IMG/VR virus record: IMGVR_UViG_3300046468_002660
Source: a virus
Length of the DNA stretch: 64,000 bases
Direction: 5' to 3' (one strand)
Shown: one piece after another, positions 28,301-37,613 of the stretch
How the letters are laid out: each line of letters starts with the position of its first letter
Numbering within the stretch: position 1 is the stretch's first letter
The notes under the pieces: generated by a model
What the model was told of the DNA's origin: nothing
Database searches by the model: none
Seen by the model: only the letters and a program-made list of their open reading frames with translations
Translations under genes and position numbers: made by a program

Positions 28301-31300
28301 AGAAAGAAATTTCCAAATGTTATTAGCTCAAACACAAAGAATGAATTTGGAGGCAAAACAACAAAGAATAGCTAGAGAGCTTTCTAAAAAACAGCAAGGA
28401 ATTAAATCAAGAGATTATAAGCCTACTACCATAGATAAAATCTTTAAAACGAAATCAGTAAGATTTGATCAGATTAATTCCATGGGCAATTTAACAAAAA
28501 AACAATTTAAGCTTTATGGTGGCGCAAATAAAGATTTGACTACAGCTTTTCATAAAAAACAAAATCAACTAATGCAGTTATTAACGAATCCCCCTGAAGA
28601 TTTAGATACAGGCTTTAGGAATGGGAAAGGTTATTACAGTCCGCAGGTAGAACAGTTAGAAAAAGAATTAAAAGATATCAAAGATCAGAGAAAAAATTTA
28701 CAAGCAAAATATAAAAATATTTCAGATAAATCAATACTAAATAAGTTTCGAAAAAAATTTGGCGGAGAAAGAATTTTTGTATCCCCGAGGATGAGAAGGA
28801 TGTTAAGCAGAGCAGCTAAAGGTTTCATACCTAAACCAAGAAAACTTGAAGGTAAAGAGTATTCTCAGTTTAGCACTTCTTTAGCTAGGTATAATTCTAG
28901 AGTGTTGAAGGGTAGTGGAAAAAATAATCAGGGCGACATGCAGTCAAAAATGTTAGAGTCTTTAGATTCTAGAAAAATGTTTAAAATATCAAGAAGAAAA
29001 AGAGAAGAAACTTTAGGTAATATTAAACAATATCTTAATTCGGATATATTTAAAATGTTGCCACAAGAAATTAAAAATAAAGTAAATAATTATTATAAGA
29101 AACAAACTAAAACTTCAGGAGATAATGAGTATTTAAGGCATTCAAAAAATCCAAGTTTTACGGGAAGAATCAATAATTACGCGGGCGGATTTGTGTCTAA
29201 TTTTTCTCAACCATTACAGCAGGCAATAGCAAGAGAAGGAGTTGCCTTAAAAGAAAGAGGATTACCAAAATCTTCAATTAAAGTTGAACAATCAAATAAG
29301 TTAAAAAACAATAAAAATCCAATGGGGTTAGCTGTGACCAATAAATTTGACGAACCAGGAGGTCTTTTTCAAGGAATAAACCGAGCTAATCAAATGGGGA
29401 TAGATCCAAAGACTCATGGCATGTCCGAAGGGTACGTTCCAAATTTCAGGATGATACAAAAACTGATCCCAGGTAAATATTTAAAAGACTTAAATCGTAG
29501 AATGCATGCTGGAAAGTTTTTGAAAAAAAGAGGGGAGCGGGGGAACCCACAAAGTGGCAGTGGGTTTGGTCAAAATCTAGCAATGGGAGGAATGTTTGCA
29601 GCTCCTATGGCTAATGAAATGATGTTCGGGGGGCAAGAAAAACCCTTAGGAGTAGGCGCGTCTGCAGCCAGTGGCGCCATGACAGGAGCAGGCTTTGGAG
29701 CTATGTTTGGCGTTCCAGGAATGATTGCAGGGGCTGGCTTAGGAGCTGCCCATGGAGCAATAAGCTCTTACTCAAAAAAGGATGGAGTGGAGGCTAGCTC
29801 AAGAATGATGGAAGGGTTGAAGAAGTCAAAAGAAAAACTTGATAAAATTATGAATGACGGTTCAGCTATGGAAAGTTTTGGAGCTGGACTAATAGAGTTA
29901 AATCAAGCTATGGAATCAGGCGACCCTAAAGAAATAGTGGCTGCAAATAAAAAAATGAGAGAGTCTTTGATGAATATAGCTGATCCAAAACTAAGAGATA
30001 AGCTTCACGAAATTAGAAGTTCTAGCGTATCAGCTTCAGAGAAATTAAAAATGATGGGGGAAGCTATTAATGACGTAAAAGGCAGAGCTGAAGAATTTCA
30101 AGGGTTAATGAATGCGGGAGGAAAGTTTCAAGAACATACCCAGAAAAATGCAAAATTAGGTGAGGGGGCAATGGGTGCGATTGCTGATACGTTTTCAGCG
30201 ACTGCTGAAGGATTGATGAATTGGGAATGGCAAGGAGGTAATTACGCTAAAAAAAGAAGAGATAGGATGTCAGGAACATTTACTCAAACTGAAGAAGGAG
30301 AAGCTGCAGCAAAAGATACTGCCATGAGTTTTTTAAACCCGATTATGAAAAATAATGCTATAGAAGCTAGGAATCTTGCAAATGAAAGAATTGCTTCTGG
30401 AGCAGCTTCAAGAAGCATAGCTTCTGATAAAAAATTGATTCAAGATTTAATCAATAGCAATAAAAGATACATTGAAATAACGAAAGAGCGAGATGAAATA
30501 TCACGAGCTCAAAAAAGTGGAGAAATTGGTGAGAAAGAAGCGTTTCAAGGAATCCAAAATCTAAATTCAGAAAGAATTGATTTGGATAAAAATTATGCAA
30601 GAAAAAGAAGAGATGTTGAAGGCTTTAATGATTCTAGTATAGCAAGCTCCTTGATGGAAATTTATAAAAGTGGAGAATTTAATTTAAGCCAAGAAACTTT
30701 AAAAAAGTTTGAAGATATAGCAGATGGATTAGATGATGTAAGTGGTGAAATTTCCAATTTAAAAGGTTTATCTACAACAGAGATTGAAGTTAAAAGAAGA
30801 GAGGGTTTAGTGACAGACGCCAGTGCGGGTGTGGTTGATAGGGTAGCTTTGCAAGATTTTAATCAACAGGAAGCGGGGTTATTTAGATCGGGTCAATTTG
30901 AAGAAACAGAAGTAATTCAACAGTTAAAATCTAGTGGGCAAAATGCGGTAGCGGTGGAATTAATGAAGCAGCTTGAAAATGAAACTGGTGTACTTGCTCG
31001 AGCTTTCGCGAAACACTACGAAGATGCTAATAAAAAAATCGCTACCAGTTTTTCGGATTTGTCAAGTTCGATGGATGCAGCTAATACAACGTTATCAACC
31101 AGAGAAAGATTAGATCAAAAAACGCTTAGCATGTATCAAAAAATAATTTCCGCTCAGGATAGGATGAATTCTGTCATGGGGAACTACGCAAATGCTGTAA
31201 GTAAAGCTTCTGGGAATTTAGAAAACATGAATGATTTTTTGATGTCTGGAATTGATTATTTGGTAAGTACTGGATCAATGAAACAAAGAGAAGGTATTCA

Positions 31301-32663
31301 GCAAGCTGCAATAGTTCAAGGGAAAACTATGAAAGCTAGTCAAAGAATCGAAGAAAGTCAAGCCTTGTTTGAAATACTTCGGAGTAATGTCAATCTTGAT
31401 AGTATGATGAACTTAACTCGATCCGAAAGAAGAGAGTTGGGAGAAACTATACCTAACCCCTCCACAAAACTTGGAGAGTTTAAACAAGATACTCAAGAAA
31501 TGTACACTGGACAAGATAGTGTTATTGCGCAAAAATTTGATGAATTTTTAAAAGTTAATGAGGATGGCAATATTACACTGAGTGAGATTAAAGGGTTTCA
31601 GGCAGAACTTAGGACGGTAGGAAAAAGAGGAAATGATATTGCTGATGACATGAGTCGAATGTCTGAAAATTTTGCGATAAAAGCTCAGCAACAGAGAGAA
31701 AAGATGCTTCTACAAAATCAATTACAATTAGCAACACTAGCTAAGGATGAATTAGCTAAAAAAGGTCAGCTCGTGACTGAGAGTGATCTACAATTTTTAA
31801 CTGCTAATTCAAGCGCTATTGATATACCAAAAGCTCAAGATTTTGCAAACTTTGGCTCGAGAGGTGCAGGTCCAGTTAACACTGAAATGCTAAAACTTTT
31901 ACAAGTGACAGAGCAAGTTGCTGCTATACTAGGGATGCAACCACATGAAATGATGGGAGTCGATAAAGTAGATTACGACTATCAAAAGGCACAATATAAT
32001 CAAGATTTAATGGAGAGGAGTCTGAAAGCTGACACAGGTCAGTTACCACCAGGCATGCAAGAGGTTCTTGATAAGATGGCTGAAAACACTAAGAAAGACT
32101 ACGAGCAAGCTAAAAAATTTGACGAATTAATCAAAAAATCTTTATCAACTTTAACGGATTCTAAATCTGATGACCCTTTGATAAATTTAAATTTACAAAT
32201 GGCAACTTTAATTAAAGATGGACTTAAGATTCAAGAAAAGTCTGAATTAGCAAAAGAGATTGGGTTAGAAGTTGCTAAAAATTTACCCACAGGAAGTGGC
32301 ACAACTTCTGGAGATCCTCCTCCACCTGAATACATCCCACCTTCTGGTGAAGTAACCATAATTGGCTTAGATCAACTCACAACAAATTTGCAAACCACAT
32401 CAACAAATCTAGAGACTTATACAAATTCAATATCGGAAATGACAAATACTATGTCAAGGTTACCAGAAGTGTTAAAAACAGAGTTGCAGTCTGTTGTTTT
32501 AGAGCACAACGTAACAGGATCTATTGATTTTAATTTTAATTCAGATGTCGTGAGAAACACATTAGGGCCCGTCATGTTCGAACAGTTAAAAAGAACCATA
32601 GCTGAGCCTATGATATTAGATTATTTAGCTAGAGCTTTAGGTCCCAGAATGGACGTAGAATAA
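22332..32663 (+). CDS. tape measure protein (3443 aa) with a central array of motif-delimited cargo domains
   Basis: N-terminal TP901-like TMP domain (ELARQGL, AVSSADLAEAISRAG, IGNGFKSIFTRI), G/A-rich hydrophobic segments, helical C-terminus; 11 GxxPNF-type motifs between 24003 and 29447. Confidence 0.88.
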   Translation: MSVVNIPTSATGYHQSIVSQATTAQKAVNRMQMSPRLNPQGIVQPLGKITNSASEFQKSMDASAARVFAFGAAVGVINGISDAFRGIIQATAEVEKSLKDIQVVMEATDSAMKKFGDGLFDVARNTATSFQLVAESATELARQGLSSEETLARVNSALVLNRLSGLGAVKSTETLTAAINSFNKEGITHEQIVNRMANVDAAFAVSSADLAEAISRAGAVAQESGVQFNELAAIVTAVQQRTARGGSVIGNGFKSIFTRIKRSRVRDALEEIGVSTTNLDGSFRSSIDVLKDYAGVYETLSDSQKSYTSEQIAGVFQIQNLQALISDLNDEYSVYNRALGVANNTTNEATKRNEELNKTLSAVFTQTSLTAKELAASIGEIGFSDNFKEILTFLNNLAGKLNEMLSENKGSELAKGLVRGIGAFLTGPGLVILGAAFIKIFAMVTKFAKEAFSDLLGVNKETKRQQSLQVAISQILSTNAGLYQKIFAAGTSTAKQEQMILNIIKQETAERLKQEAVIKRIAASSSLVGIGASDKGFVPMGKRGAKKTGRKTLNAANGFLPSFNQEKRDINKGVGGAKTSDKPVLLKNHKMGRGRTENVIAHTGEWVINNFGGSGGTAIFNRDMAKQYGLPKEAKKITASGGLIPNFSKKRKDTLTRPSLELGWSPGGRSQISQKSDPFDKFTATVSRIEQDKTADETKGIVKKESGRFLQPYWVNKNNNKQVSSEWSGSNWGGSSYKEISKLPEEERQNFVKKYKIHSENFKQFKAKGYGQLMKTFPYNNSKKYIKDIVDSGGYSGKSQPQELKQKFAALNMNLSGAAGEISGAKYLKKIGYSDIKFIAAGKSFDYTARNKKGDKVLFENKMKEMQNISAYLKKGATEYLGTIAAPGIKDNKPQNINLDLVKSSGSLLFPSGINAVTAKDSKETNSKITHKNLVKDSKLRERLDKELELIWKNPDIKDSVKSEETIRNFLFHNAESKIPRYSSGFVPNFGPRWGRFKKYNKDKSLKDLRKKQADNKQMEEAFYVRSADAAQRFQRFNNKFGVEKIDDLFNVLPFSEGYVPNFMIKKPGFGRSGSVYSMNRGKEKVLNVSHIRAEEGEFGSSIYKNLMKEIESAAKSGQPYTKIDAGSVIGPRIPRALLAAKKMLDKKRLSSNIPKMTLEGVFIPRQLRKRVEGFRQDNYYRESGKFRTKDPAEYLPGEEGKLIKSLRAFGLGRNAHKRKAFVRLEDLPIGKNFSKGYIPNFRNVTLYRGQKQKELDLPNIGKNMPSFDAAKTPQEVIGVIQKFVKSHSTGPLSGYRNMGEVDGKMPSGATSFSTSRKVAENFSNSINIGQPVLPGKIFEKIVPEKNIFSKKKLLKIFNKGANPEKNFYPKVDQFKTAIKSGAVEKWAKKNGGVFLNVAGEYNDKRHLSLAKMDAGRMRSKYGKDMGSIVPEIDVGRTLSGKRDIFRKEKEVMHIMSRGYVPNFSFRGGALKRIATKMHKPAIEDPKGKILYQGKKYREAKFNTPDWDNPNVKWISPVAQRIQGGKQEVEEFAKYLSTRKDIPAYVASNFKKGLEKEKAALEEQKKRHYELGKKIKMGNAGYYERKNHFTTPLPEDNPFRVELKYLKKDKINDLVQGFRNNYSKGFIPNFAAGVKTSRGFFSTQRINRLKGGQAAKDQDGNKVYMNMFSPEDRKKIKGFQATFSKENMAATRQVSRDKKNEMQTIDASRQATMLVATNNLRKRVDTKIKQGKQDIRLKYRVEGLKPSRLKNSEEKIRGRVENLMLKESSFLAQEMAGAGNFGANTPPVTRIANAGSVGSAAGSIFETALKAVGKNKLFTKNNASFDIAGFPDEKLQKLFGYYTPFADAKIGLSPDTKRDFNQKLLKLPSSQAEIGKQDAVKQQAVSRSSRKNFGPLRKSEGFIPNFAIKKWEAQDFINKGLAKNLRDASKRFTSRDHEIMFGGKRFNSSSPGISVKKFGQEKSFDADYQKMKGVRSQDNFIFGPTVNNREERNFQMLLAQTQRMNLEAKQQRIARELSKKQQGIKSRDYKPTTIDKIFKTKSVRFDQINSMGNLTKKQFKLYGGANKDLTTAFHKKQNQLMQLLTNPPEDLDTGFRNGKGYYSPQVEQLEKELKDIKDQRKNLQAKYKNISDKSILNKFRKKFGGERIFVSPRMRRMLSRAAKGFIPKPRKLEGKEYSQFSTSLARYNSRVLKGSGKNNQGDMQSKMLESLDSRKMFKISRRKREETLGNIKQYLNSDIFKMLPQEIKNKVNNYYKKQTKTSGDNEYLRHSKNPSFTGRINNYAGGFVSNFSQPLQQAIAREGVALKERGLPKSSIKVEQSNKLKNNKNPMGLAVTNKFDEPGGLFQGINRANQMGIDPKTHGMSEGYVPNFRMIQKLIPGKYLKDLNRRMHAGKFLKKRGERGNPQSGSGFGQNLAMGGMFAAPMANEMMFGGQEKPLGVGASAASGAMTGAGFGAMFGVPGMIAGAGLGAAHGAISSYSKKDGVEASSRMMEGLKKSKEKLDKIMNDGSAMESFGAGLIELNQAMESGDPKEIVAANKKMRESLMNIADPKLRDKLHEIRSSSVSASEKLKMMGEAINDVKGRAEEFQGLMNAGGKFQEHTQKNAKLGEGAMGAIADTFSATAEGLMNWEWQGGNYAKKRRDRMSGTFTQTEEGEAAAKDTAMSFLNPIMKNNAIEARNLANERIASGAASRSIASDKKLIQDLINSNKRYIEITKERDEISRAQKSGEIGEKEAFQGIQNLNSERIDLDKNYARKRRDVEGFNDSSIASSLMEIYKSGEFNLSQETLKKFEDIADGLDDVSGEISNLKGLSTTEIEVKRREGLVTDASAGVVDRVALQDFNQQEAGLFRSGQFEETEVIQQLKSSGQNAVAVELMKQLENETGVLARAFAKHYEDANKKIATSFSDLSSSMDAANTTLSTRERLDQKTLSMYQKIISAQDRMNSVMGNYANAVSKASGNLENMNDFLMSGIDYLVSTGSMKQREGIQQAAIVQGKTMKASQRIEESQALFEILRSNVNLDSMMNLTRSERRELGETIPNPSTKLGEFKQDTQEMYTGQDSVIAQKFDEFLKVNEDGNITLSEIKGFQAELRTVGKRGNDIADDMSRMSENFAIKAQQQREKMLLQNQLQLATLAKDELAKKGQLVTESDLQFLTANSSAIDIPKAQDFANFGSRGAGPVNTEMLKLLQVTEQVAAILGMQPHEMMGVDKVDYDYQKAQYNQDLMERSLKADTGQLPPGMQEVLDKMAENTKKDYEQAKKFDELIKKSLSTLTDSKSDDPLINLNLQMATLIKDGLKIQEKSELAKEIGLEVAKNLPTGSGTTSGDPPPPEYIPPSGEVTIIGLDQLTTNLQTTSTNLETYTNSISEMTNTMSRLPEVLKTELQSVVLEHNVTGSIDFNFNSDVVRNTLGPVMFEQLKRTIAEPMILDYLARALGPRMDVE
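24003..29447 (+). repeat. dispersed peptide repeat [S/A]xG[F/Y/L][I/V/L]PNF, 11 copies inside the TMP
   Basis: Motif Gly codons at 24003, 24255, 25284, 25503, 26040, 26706, 27204, 28032, 28821, 29187, 29430 (three copies are variant: GFLPSF, GFIPKP, GFVSNF). Confidence 0.92.
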
Positions 32664-32691
32664 AAATTTTTTATTTTTAATATAATAGTAT

Positions 32692-35600
32692 ATGAATTTT
32701 AATAATGTAAGCTTGTTATCCATATCAGAACAACAAAATAGTTTTGGTGGTGATTTAAGTTTTCATAAAATTAAAAATATATCTATAACTGGATATTTAC
32801 TCGACCTACAAAATACTGATGGGGTAAAAAGTATTATTGAGCAAGCAAATGATATATTTGAAATTCCAGATGCTCTAGCTAGTGATGATAGTTCAATACT
32901 TAACGCAATACAGGGTATTGAAATTAATGGAGTCGATTATGGAGAAGGCTTTGTAACTTCTTTTTCTGTTGATGGAGATAGTATACAAACTGCAAATTAT
33001 GAAGCAGAATTAGTTGTAAAAGAAGAGGGAGATTTAAAGGATATAATATTAGCGCAAAATCTATATCCAGAAACAGCAACAGGAACAAGTACACCTTTAG
33101 ATAATAAATTAATTTTTAGTGATTCAAATTTAACAGATGAAGATTTAAAATATTTAGAAAATTTTGATGAAAATTTATCTTTCACTACAGATGCTAGTAA
33201 CAAAGGATCTTTTACTCATCAAATTAATTGCACTTTTAAACACAGAGAATCGTTAATACCTTCAAGAAAAAATATATGGAGCAATAGTTCAATACAACAA
33301 TCAAAACTTAAGAATTTAAAAAATAGAGGTAAAGGATCTTTAAAAGTTTTAGCTAATCAAGTTAGCTCGTATTCATTAAATTTAAATGCTGGAGATTATG
33401 TTCTACAGTTTGATTACTTGGGGCAAGATTCTCAATCTTGGGGTAGTGCTAGTGTTGATTTCGAAAATGAAAATTATAGTCTTGATAATGTTGCTGGTAT
33501 TAAAAAAATAGAAGTTAACTTAACCACAAGTAAGACAGTTTCAATATCTTTAAACGCAAATTCAACAAATAATACTTTTTTTGATAATTTAAAATTATTT
33601 AAAAAAGATGAACTGCCGTTACAGAAGAGCAGGGAGTTAGCTAATTTTTTATTAGATAATAACCCTAACTACCCAGTAATACAAAGTAGTTACAACGATA
33701 AATATAAAAACTCTTCTAGTTTTGATAATTTTTCATATACAGAAAGTTTTGACGAAGTTAATCTTACTTACTCAAAATCTAGAACTATAGAAAATGATGC
33801 GCTGCAAAATGGCTCAGACATATCTTTGTCTCAAAATTACGCTGTTAATTATTTACCAGAAGGAGTTATAGAAATAACTGAAGTATCAAACTTACAACTT
33901 TTAAAAAATAAAACTGATAATAATTTAAAAAATTTCGCAACAAGTGTTGTTAATGGTTCGTATTCAAGATGTTTATCAAAATTAGAGGGGTATGAAGATT
34001 ATTTTACCTATGGTTGCCCAACAAATACATCGACAGAAATAAATAAAAATAATTTACTTTCTACCCCGATATCAAAATCAATAACATATAATATAAATAA
34101 AGGGTTAGCAACCATCCAGGTTGTATACTCTAATCATAATAGTTTAAAATTTAATGGTGGACCTTATAATCATGAACACCAAGAGTCTATTTCTGAATTT
34201 GATGGTTATTATATAATTAATATATCAGGAGTAATTCAAGGAGAAGATGAAGCTTTAGAGAATAAAAATGCTTACGCTAAAAACGGTCTTGATGATGCAA
34301 TTAGCGGACTAGCAACAAGAATATCAGAGATAAAAACAAATATAGGGATAAGCTCAACTTTTAGAGAATTATCGAGAACAATAGACGCTAATACTTCTAT
34401 TGGTGAAATTTCCTATGACATAGAATATAGTGATAAAAAATCACTCGAAGGTTACACTGATGCTGATGGAAAAAAAATTGCAAAATCATACGAAATCTCA
34501 GTAGCAATAGATAATTCTAGTAGGATTTATAATAACTTTTCAGTAAATTGTAAAAATATCGCTCAATTACTAGGAAATTTGTTTTCACCAAAAACAATAA
34601 CAGTTTCTATCGATTTAAATGGATACAAGAACGTTACTCAAATTGAACTATATAACGCAGCTAAGTCTATATTAACATCACAAAATTTATTATTTGACGA
34701 TGAAAACTCAAACAACTTTTTAACTGAAGAGAATTATAATTTTTCAGAAAAACAAAAATCTTTATCTTACACAAGGGCATCTTTTGATTTAAGTTCTTGT
34801 CCTGTTCCAACAATAACAGCAACAGAGGGATTTGGTTTTTTAAACGATTTCAAACATCCACCTTTTACACCAACTCCTGAGACTATAACTTTTGAGCCTG
34901 AGATATTTGATATTTACCCAATTACAATTACATCAACCCCTGATTTTAATTTTAACTATACTCCTTACCAAGCTACGATAATACCTGAGGAGACACCAAC
35001 AACAACTCAAACAGAAACGTTTACTCCATTTACCCAAACAACTTTTCCAACTGCCACCGAAACAGAAAACGTTAGTCAACCAGATCCTACTTCTACTCCC
35101 ACGCTAAATTCGTATTTTTATAGAGCTTATATACCAGATAATTGGAATAATAATATTGCAAATTTAGCTCCAGGGGGTAATATAATATTAGGGTATAAAT
35201 GTTTGGATGAAGGAGGTTCTTTAAATAATCCAAATTTCACTTTTATTAACCAAAGTTACGCGGAAGATTCATCCAATATTGTTAAAGATTGTTATAGGGG
35301 GATAGGTGATAATGGACAAGCTTTCGGGTCTTTTTTATTTGAAATGCCTCCAGAAATAACGCCAACACCATTAGTTGATCAATGTACTTTATACACAGCT
35401 ACTATACCAGATTTTTGGGTTGGAGCAATTGGCGATTTAGTTTCTTCTTCAACCTCTTTTAATATTATTGGTGGTTATAAAAATTCAGCTGCTTTCTTAT
35501 ATTCTAATTTAAGTAGTTCTAGTGATTTAATAAAATTATCTGACAATAATAGCTCTCATCCTGATTTTAATTCAAGTAGCAAAGAAGTTTATGCTGGCCC

Positions 35601-35955
35601 TCTTATTATTGAAAGTTGTCAACCTATTTCAGTAGAAAGTTATGATGTCGTGGAATTAAACATTCCTTTATCTTCGTCAAAAAGTATAAAAGAATTAGTG
35701 ATAGAAAATCAGAATGATTTAAACTGGAGCGCTGGTATATGTTTTGAAATAATTGGTTATAGGAGTTGTAATAATATTAAACGATACAACTCTTTTGTTA
35801 ATCAACCCCCAACGACAACAGAAACTCCTAGAGAATTACAAAGTTTTAGCGTAGTTGATAATTGTAATGAATTATCTGGCAGGACACAGGTATTTTCTGT
35901 GTATTTAAGGAAGTATAGTTGTGGATCAACTTCAATAGAAAATTCAATAGGATAA
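32692..35955 (+). CDS. tail tip/distal tail protein with a CBM-like insert and Thr/Pro-rich linker
   Basis: Follows the TMP; beta-rich; jelly-roll-like ...TFFDNLKLFK segment; TPTPET tract. Confidence 0.6.
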   Translation: MNFNNVSLLSISEQQNSFGGDLSFHKIKNISITGYLLDLQNTDGVKSIIEQANDIFEIPDALASDDSSILNAIQGIEINGVDYGEGFVTSFSVDGDSIQTANYEAELVVKEEGDLKDIILAQNLYPETATGTSTPLDNKLIFSDSNLTDEDLKYLENFDENLSFTTDASNKGSFTHQINCTFKHRESLIPSRKNIWSNSSIQQSKLKNLKNRGKGSLKVLANQVSSYSLNLNAGDYVLQFDYLGQDSQSWGSASVDFENENYSLDNVAGIKKIEVNLTTSKTVSISLNANSTNNTFFDNLKLFKKDELPLQKSRELANFLLDNNPNYPVIQSSYNDKYKNSSSFDNFSYTESFDEVNLTYSKSRTIENDALQNGSDISLSQNYAVNYLPEGVIEITEVSNLQLLKNKTDNNLKNFATSVVNGSYSRCLSKLEGYEDYFTYGCPTNTSTEINKNNLLSTPISKSITYNINKGLATIQVVYSNHNSLKFNGGPYNHEHQESISEFDGYYIINISGVIQGEDEALENKNAYAKNGLDDAISGLATRISEIKTNIGISSTFRELSRTIDANTSIGEISYDIEYSDKKSLEGYTDADGKKIAKSYEISVAIDNSSRIYNNFSVNCKNIAQLLGNLFSPKTITVSIDLNGYKNVTQIELYNAAKSILTSQNLLFDDENSNNFLTEENYNFSEKQKSLSYTRASFDLSSCPVPTITATEGFGFLNDFKHPPFTPTPETITFEPEIFDIYPITITSTPDFNFNYTPYQATIIPEETPTTTQTETFTPFTQTTFPTATETENVSQPDPTSTPTLNSYFYRAYIPDNWNNNIANLAPGGNIILGYKCLDEGGSLNNPNFTFINQSYAEDSSNIVKDCYRGIGDNGQAFGSFLFEMPPEITPTPLVDQCTLYTATIPDFWVGAIGDLVSSSTSFNIIGGYKNSAAFLYSNLSSSSDLIKLSDNNSSHPDFNSSSKEVYAGPLIIESCQPISVESYDVVELNIPLSSSKSIKELVIENQNDLNWSAGICFEIIGYRSCNNIKRYNSFVNQPPTTTETPRELQSFSVVDNCNELSGRTQVFSVYLRKYSCGSTSIENSIG

Positions 35956-37613
35956 TGAGTGTTAATATATTTTATAATAGTGTAGACTTTTTCTCAAGCA
36001 AAGATATTCCAACACCTAGAGTTCGAAGAAGTTCAACAACCGTAGAGATGGGAGAAATTACTGGAGTACGAGAATTGCTTCTGCTGGAAGGAAGTATATA
36101 CATAGAGTCTCCCCCAGCTGACTGCGATTATTTTTCAGAAATAACAAAAATAAGAGACGATCTTTTTAATTTTTTTTCACAAAAATATAAACCATTAATA
36201 ATAAAGCAAGACGGGACTACAATTTTTGAAAAAGATTTTTGTGACATTAAAAATATTGTTTTTGAAAATTCTAATTATGTAAAAACTCTGCCTTATTCAA
36301 TAGAAATTGAATGTTATGACGAAAAAATACATAATGAATTTTTTGAAGTTAAGGAAGCTGAAAACTCAACAAATATAAATAAAGATGATGAAGATTTTTA
36401 TACAATTAGTAGAACTTTATCTGCGATAGGGGTAAGCACTCAGGACGGTCAGCTTCAAGGAAAAAACACCACTGAAAAGTCTAATGCTTTACAGAACGCT
36501 ATTGATTTTGTAGATTCGTTAAAGGTTTTTGATCCAGTTTTACCTGAAGGTCAAGATGACTTGGCTCTGCAACTTATTTCTGAAAATGAAACTATTGATC
36601 GAATAAAAAACTTTTACCAAATTAACCAAGAATATCAAGCTCAAAAAAATGTTAACGATTCAACAAAGGGAGTTTTGAGATACACCGTCGATCAATCGAA
36701 AAGTTTTGGAGACATTAAAACAGTTCAAATGTCTGGAGAGCTTAACTTTGGTAAAAGTACAAGTTTTTCAGATGTGAGATCAAGGTTTAAACAAATTAAT
36801 TTTTTGCAAGAAATAGAAAAAGTTATATCTATAGAAAAATTAAACAAGACACCTAAATCGCTAGAAATATCAGAAAATGATCCAGCAAGACAAATATCTT
36901 TTAAGGTTGTTTTTGATGATGATCAGAATTATGACCAATGCGGAGCGTCTGAAAAAGTTGATTTTTCAATAGACGAAGATGGAGAAAAAATTGTAGTAAA
37001 TATTTCGGGTAGTATACAAGCTCTTGGACCTCAGGAAAAAAGATGGGATTTTGTAAAAGATAAATTTTATAATGCTTCATATGATAACGTATCCTATGAG
37101 AGCAGGGCTCATCAATTAGCTCAAGAGCAATTAAATATTTTTTATAATTCAAAAAGTTTAAATGGAACGCCAGAATCTTTTCAGGTGTCTGAAGATGAAA
37201 ATAATAACATTATTCAATTTAATTACGTTTTTAATAACGAAGATAAACTTGATGATTTTAAAAATTTTGAATGTAACGTCAGTGTAAAAATGTCTTCAAA
37301 TAGATACTCGATAGATTTGAACGCAGGAGGCGGGATGAATAGATACATAGCATCTAAAGCAGGTCAGACAGTGCCTGTTGTTTCTATTGGGGTGCAAGGT
37401 TCTTACAAAAACTTCACGGGCAACGAAGTTAATGATAGAGCTACAGCTCTTGATTTACTTAGAGGCAAAATAAATGAAAAATTTCAAGAAGTAGAATCAG
37501 AATTTTTTCCAAACCACAAATCAAGAGTTTCGTCTGATTCTGAAAACTATTTTAAAAACGAGAATATAGCTTCTATAAGCCAGACAAAAGAATATTATGA
37601 TTATTTAGTGTGA
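35955..37613 (+). CDS. tail tip structural protein
   Basis: TAATG coupling; beta-rich, similar in pattern to the preceding gene. Confidence 0.55.
   Translation: MSVNIFYNSVDFFSSKDIPTPRVRRSSTTVEMGEITGVRELLLLEGSIYIESPPADCDYFSEITKIRDDLFNFFSQKYKPLIIKQDGTTIFEKDFCDIKNIVFENSNYVKTLPYSIEIECYDEKIHNEFFEVKEAENSTNINKDDEDFYTISRTLSAIGVSTQDGQLQGKNTTEKSNALQNAIDFVDSLKVFDPVLPEGQDDLALQLISENETIDRIKNFYQINQEYQAQKNVNDSTKGVLRYTVDQSKSFGDIKTVQMSGELNFGKSTSFSDVRSRFKQINFLQEIEKVISIEKLNKTPKSLEISENDPARQISFKVVFDDDQNYDQCGASEKVDFSIDEDGEKIVVNISGSIQALGPQEKRWDFVKDKFYNASYDNVSYESRAHQLAQEQLNIFYNSKSLNGTPESFQVSEDENNNIIQFNYVFNNEDKLDDFKNFECNVSVKMSSNRYSIDLNAGGGMNRYIASKAGQTVPVVSIGVQGSYKNFTGNEVNDRATALDLLRGKINEKFQEVESEFFPNHKSRVSSDSENYFKNENIASISQTKEYYDYLV

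Noticed and set aside
24003-29447. Inteins, introns or a diversity-generating retroelement as the explanation for TMP size
   Set aside because: No C/S...HN intein ends, no LAGLIDADG motif, an uninterrupted frame, no reverse transcriptase and no TR/VR pair seen.
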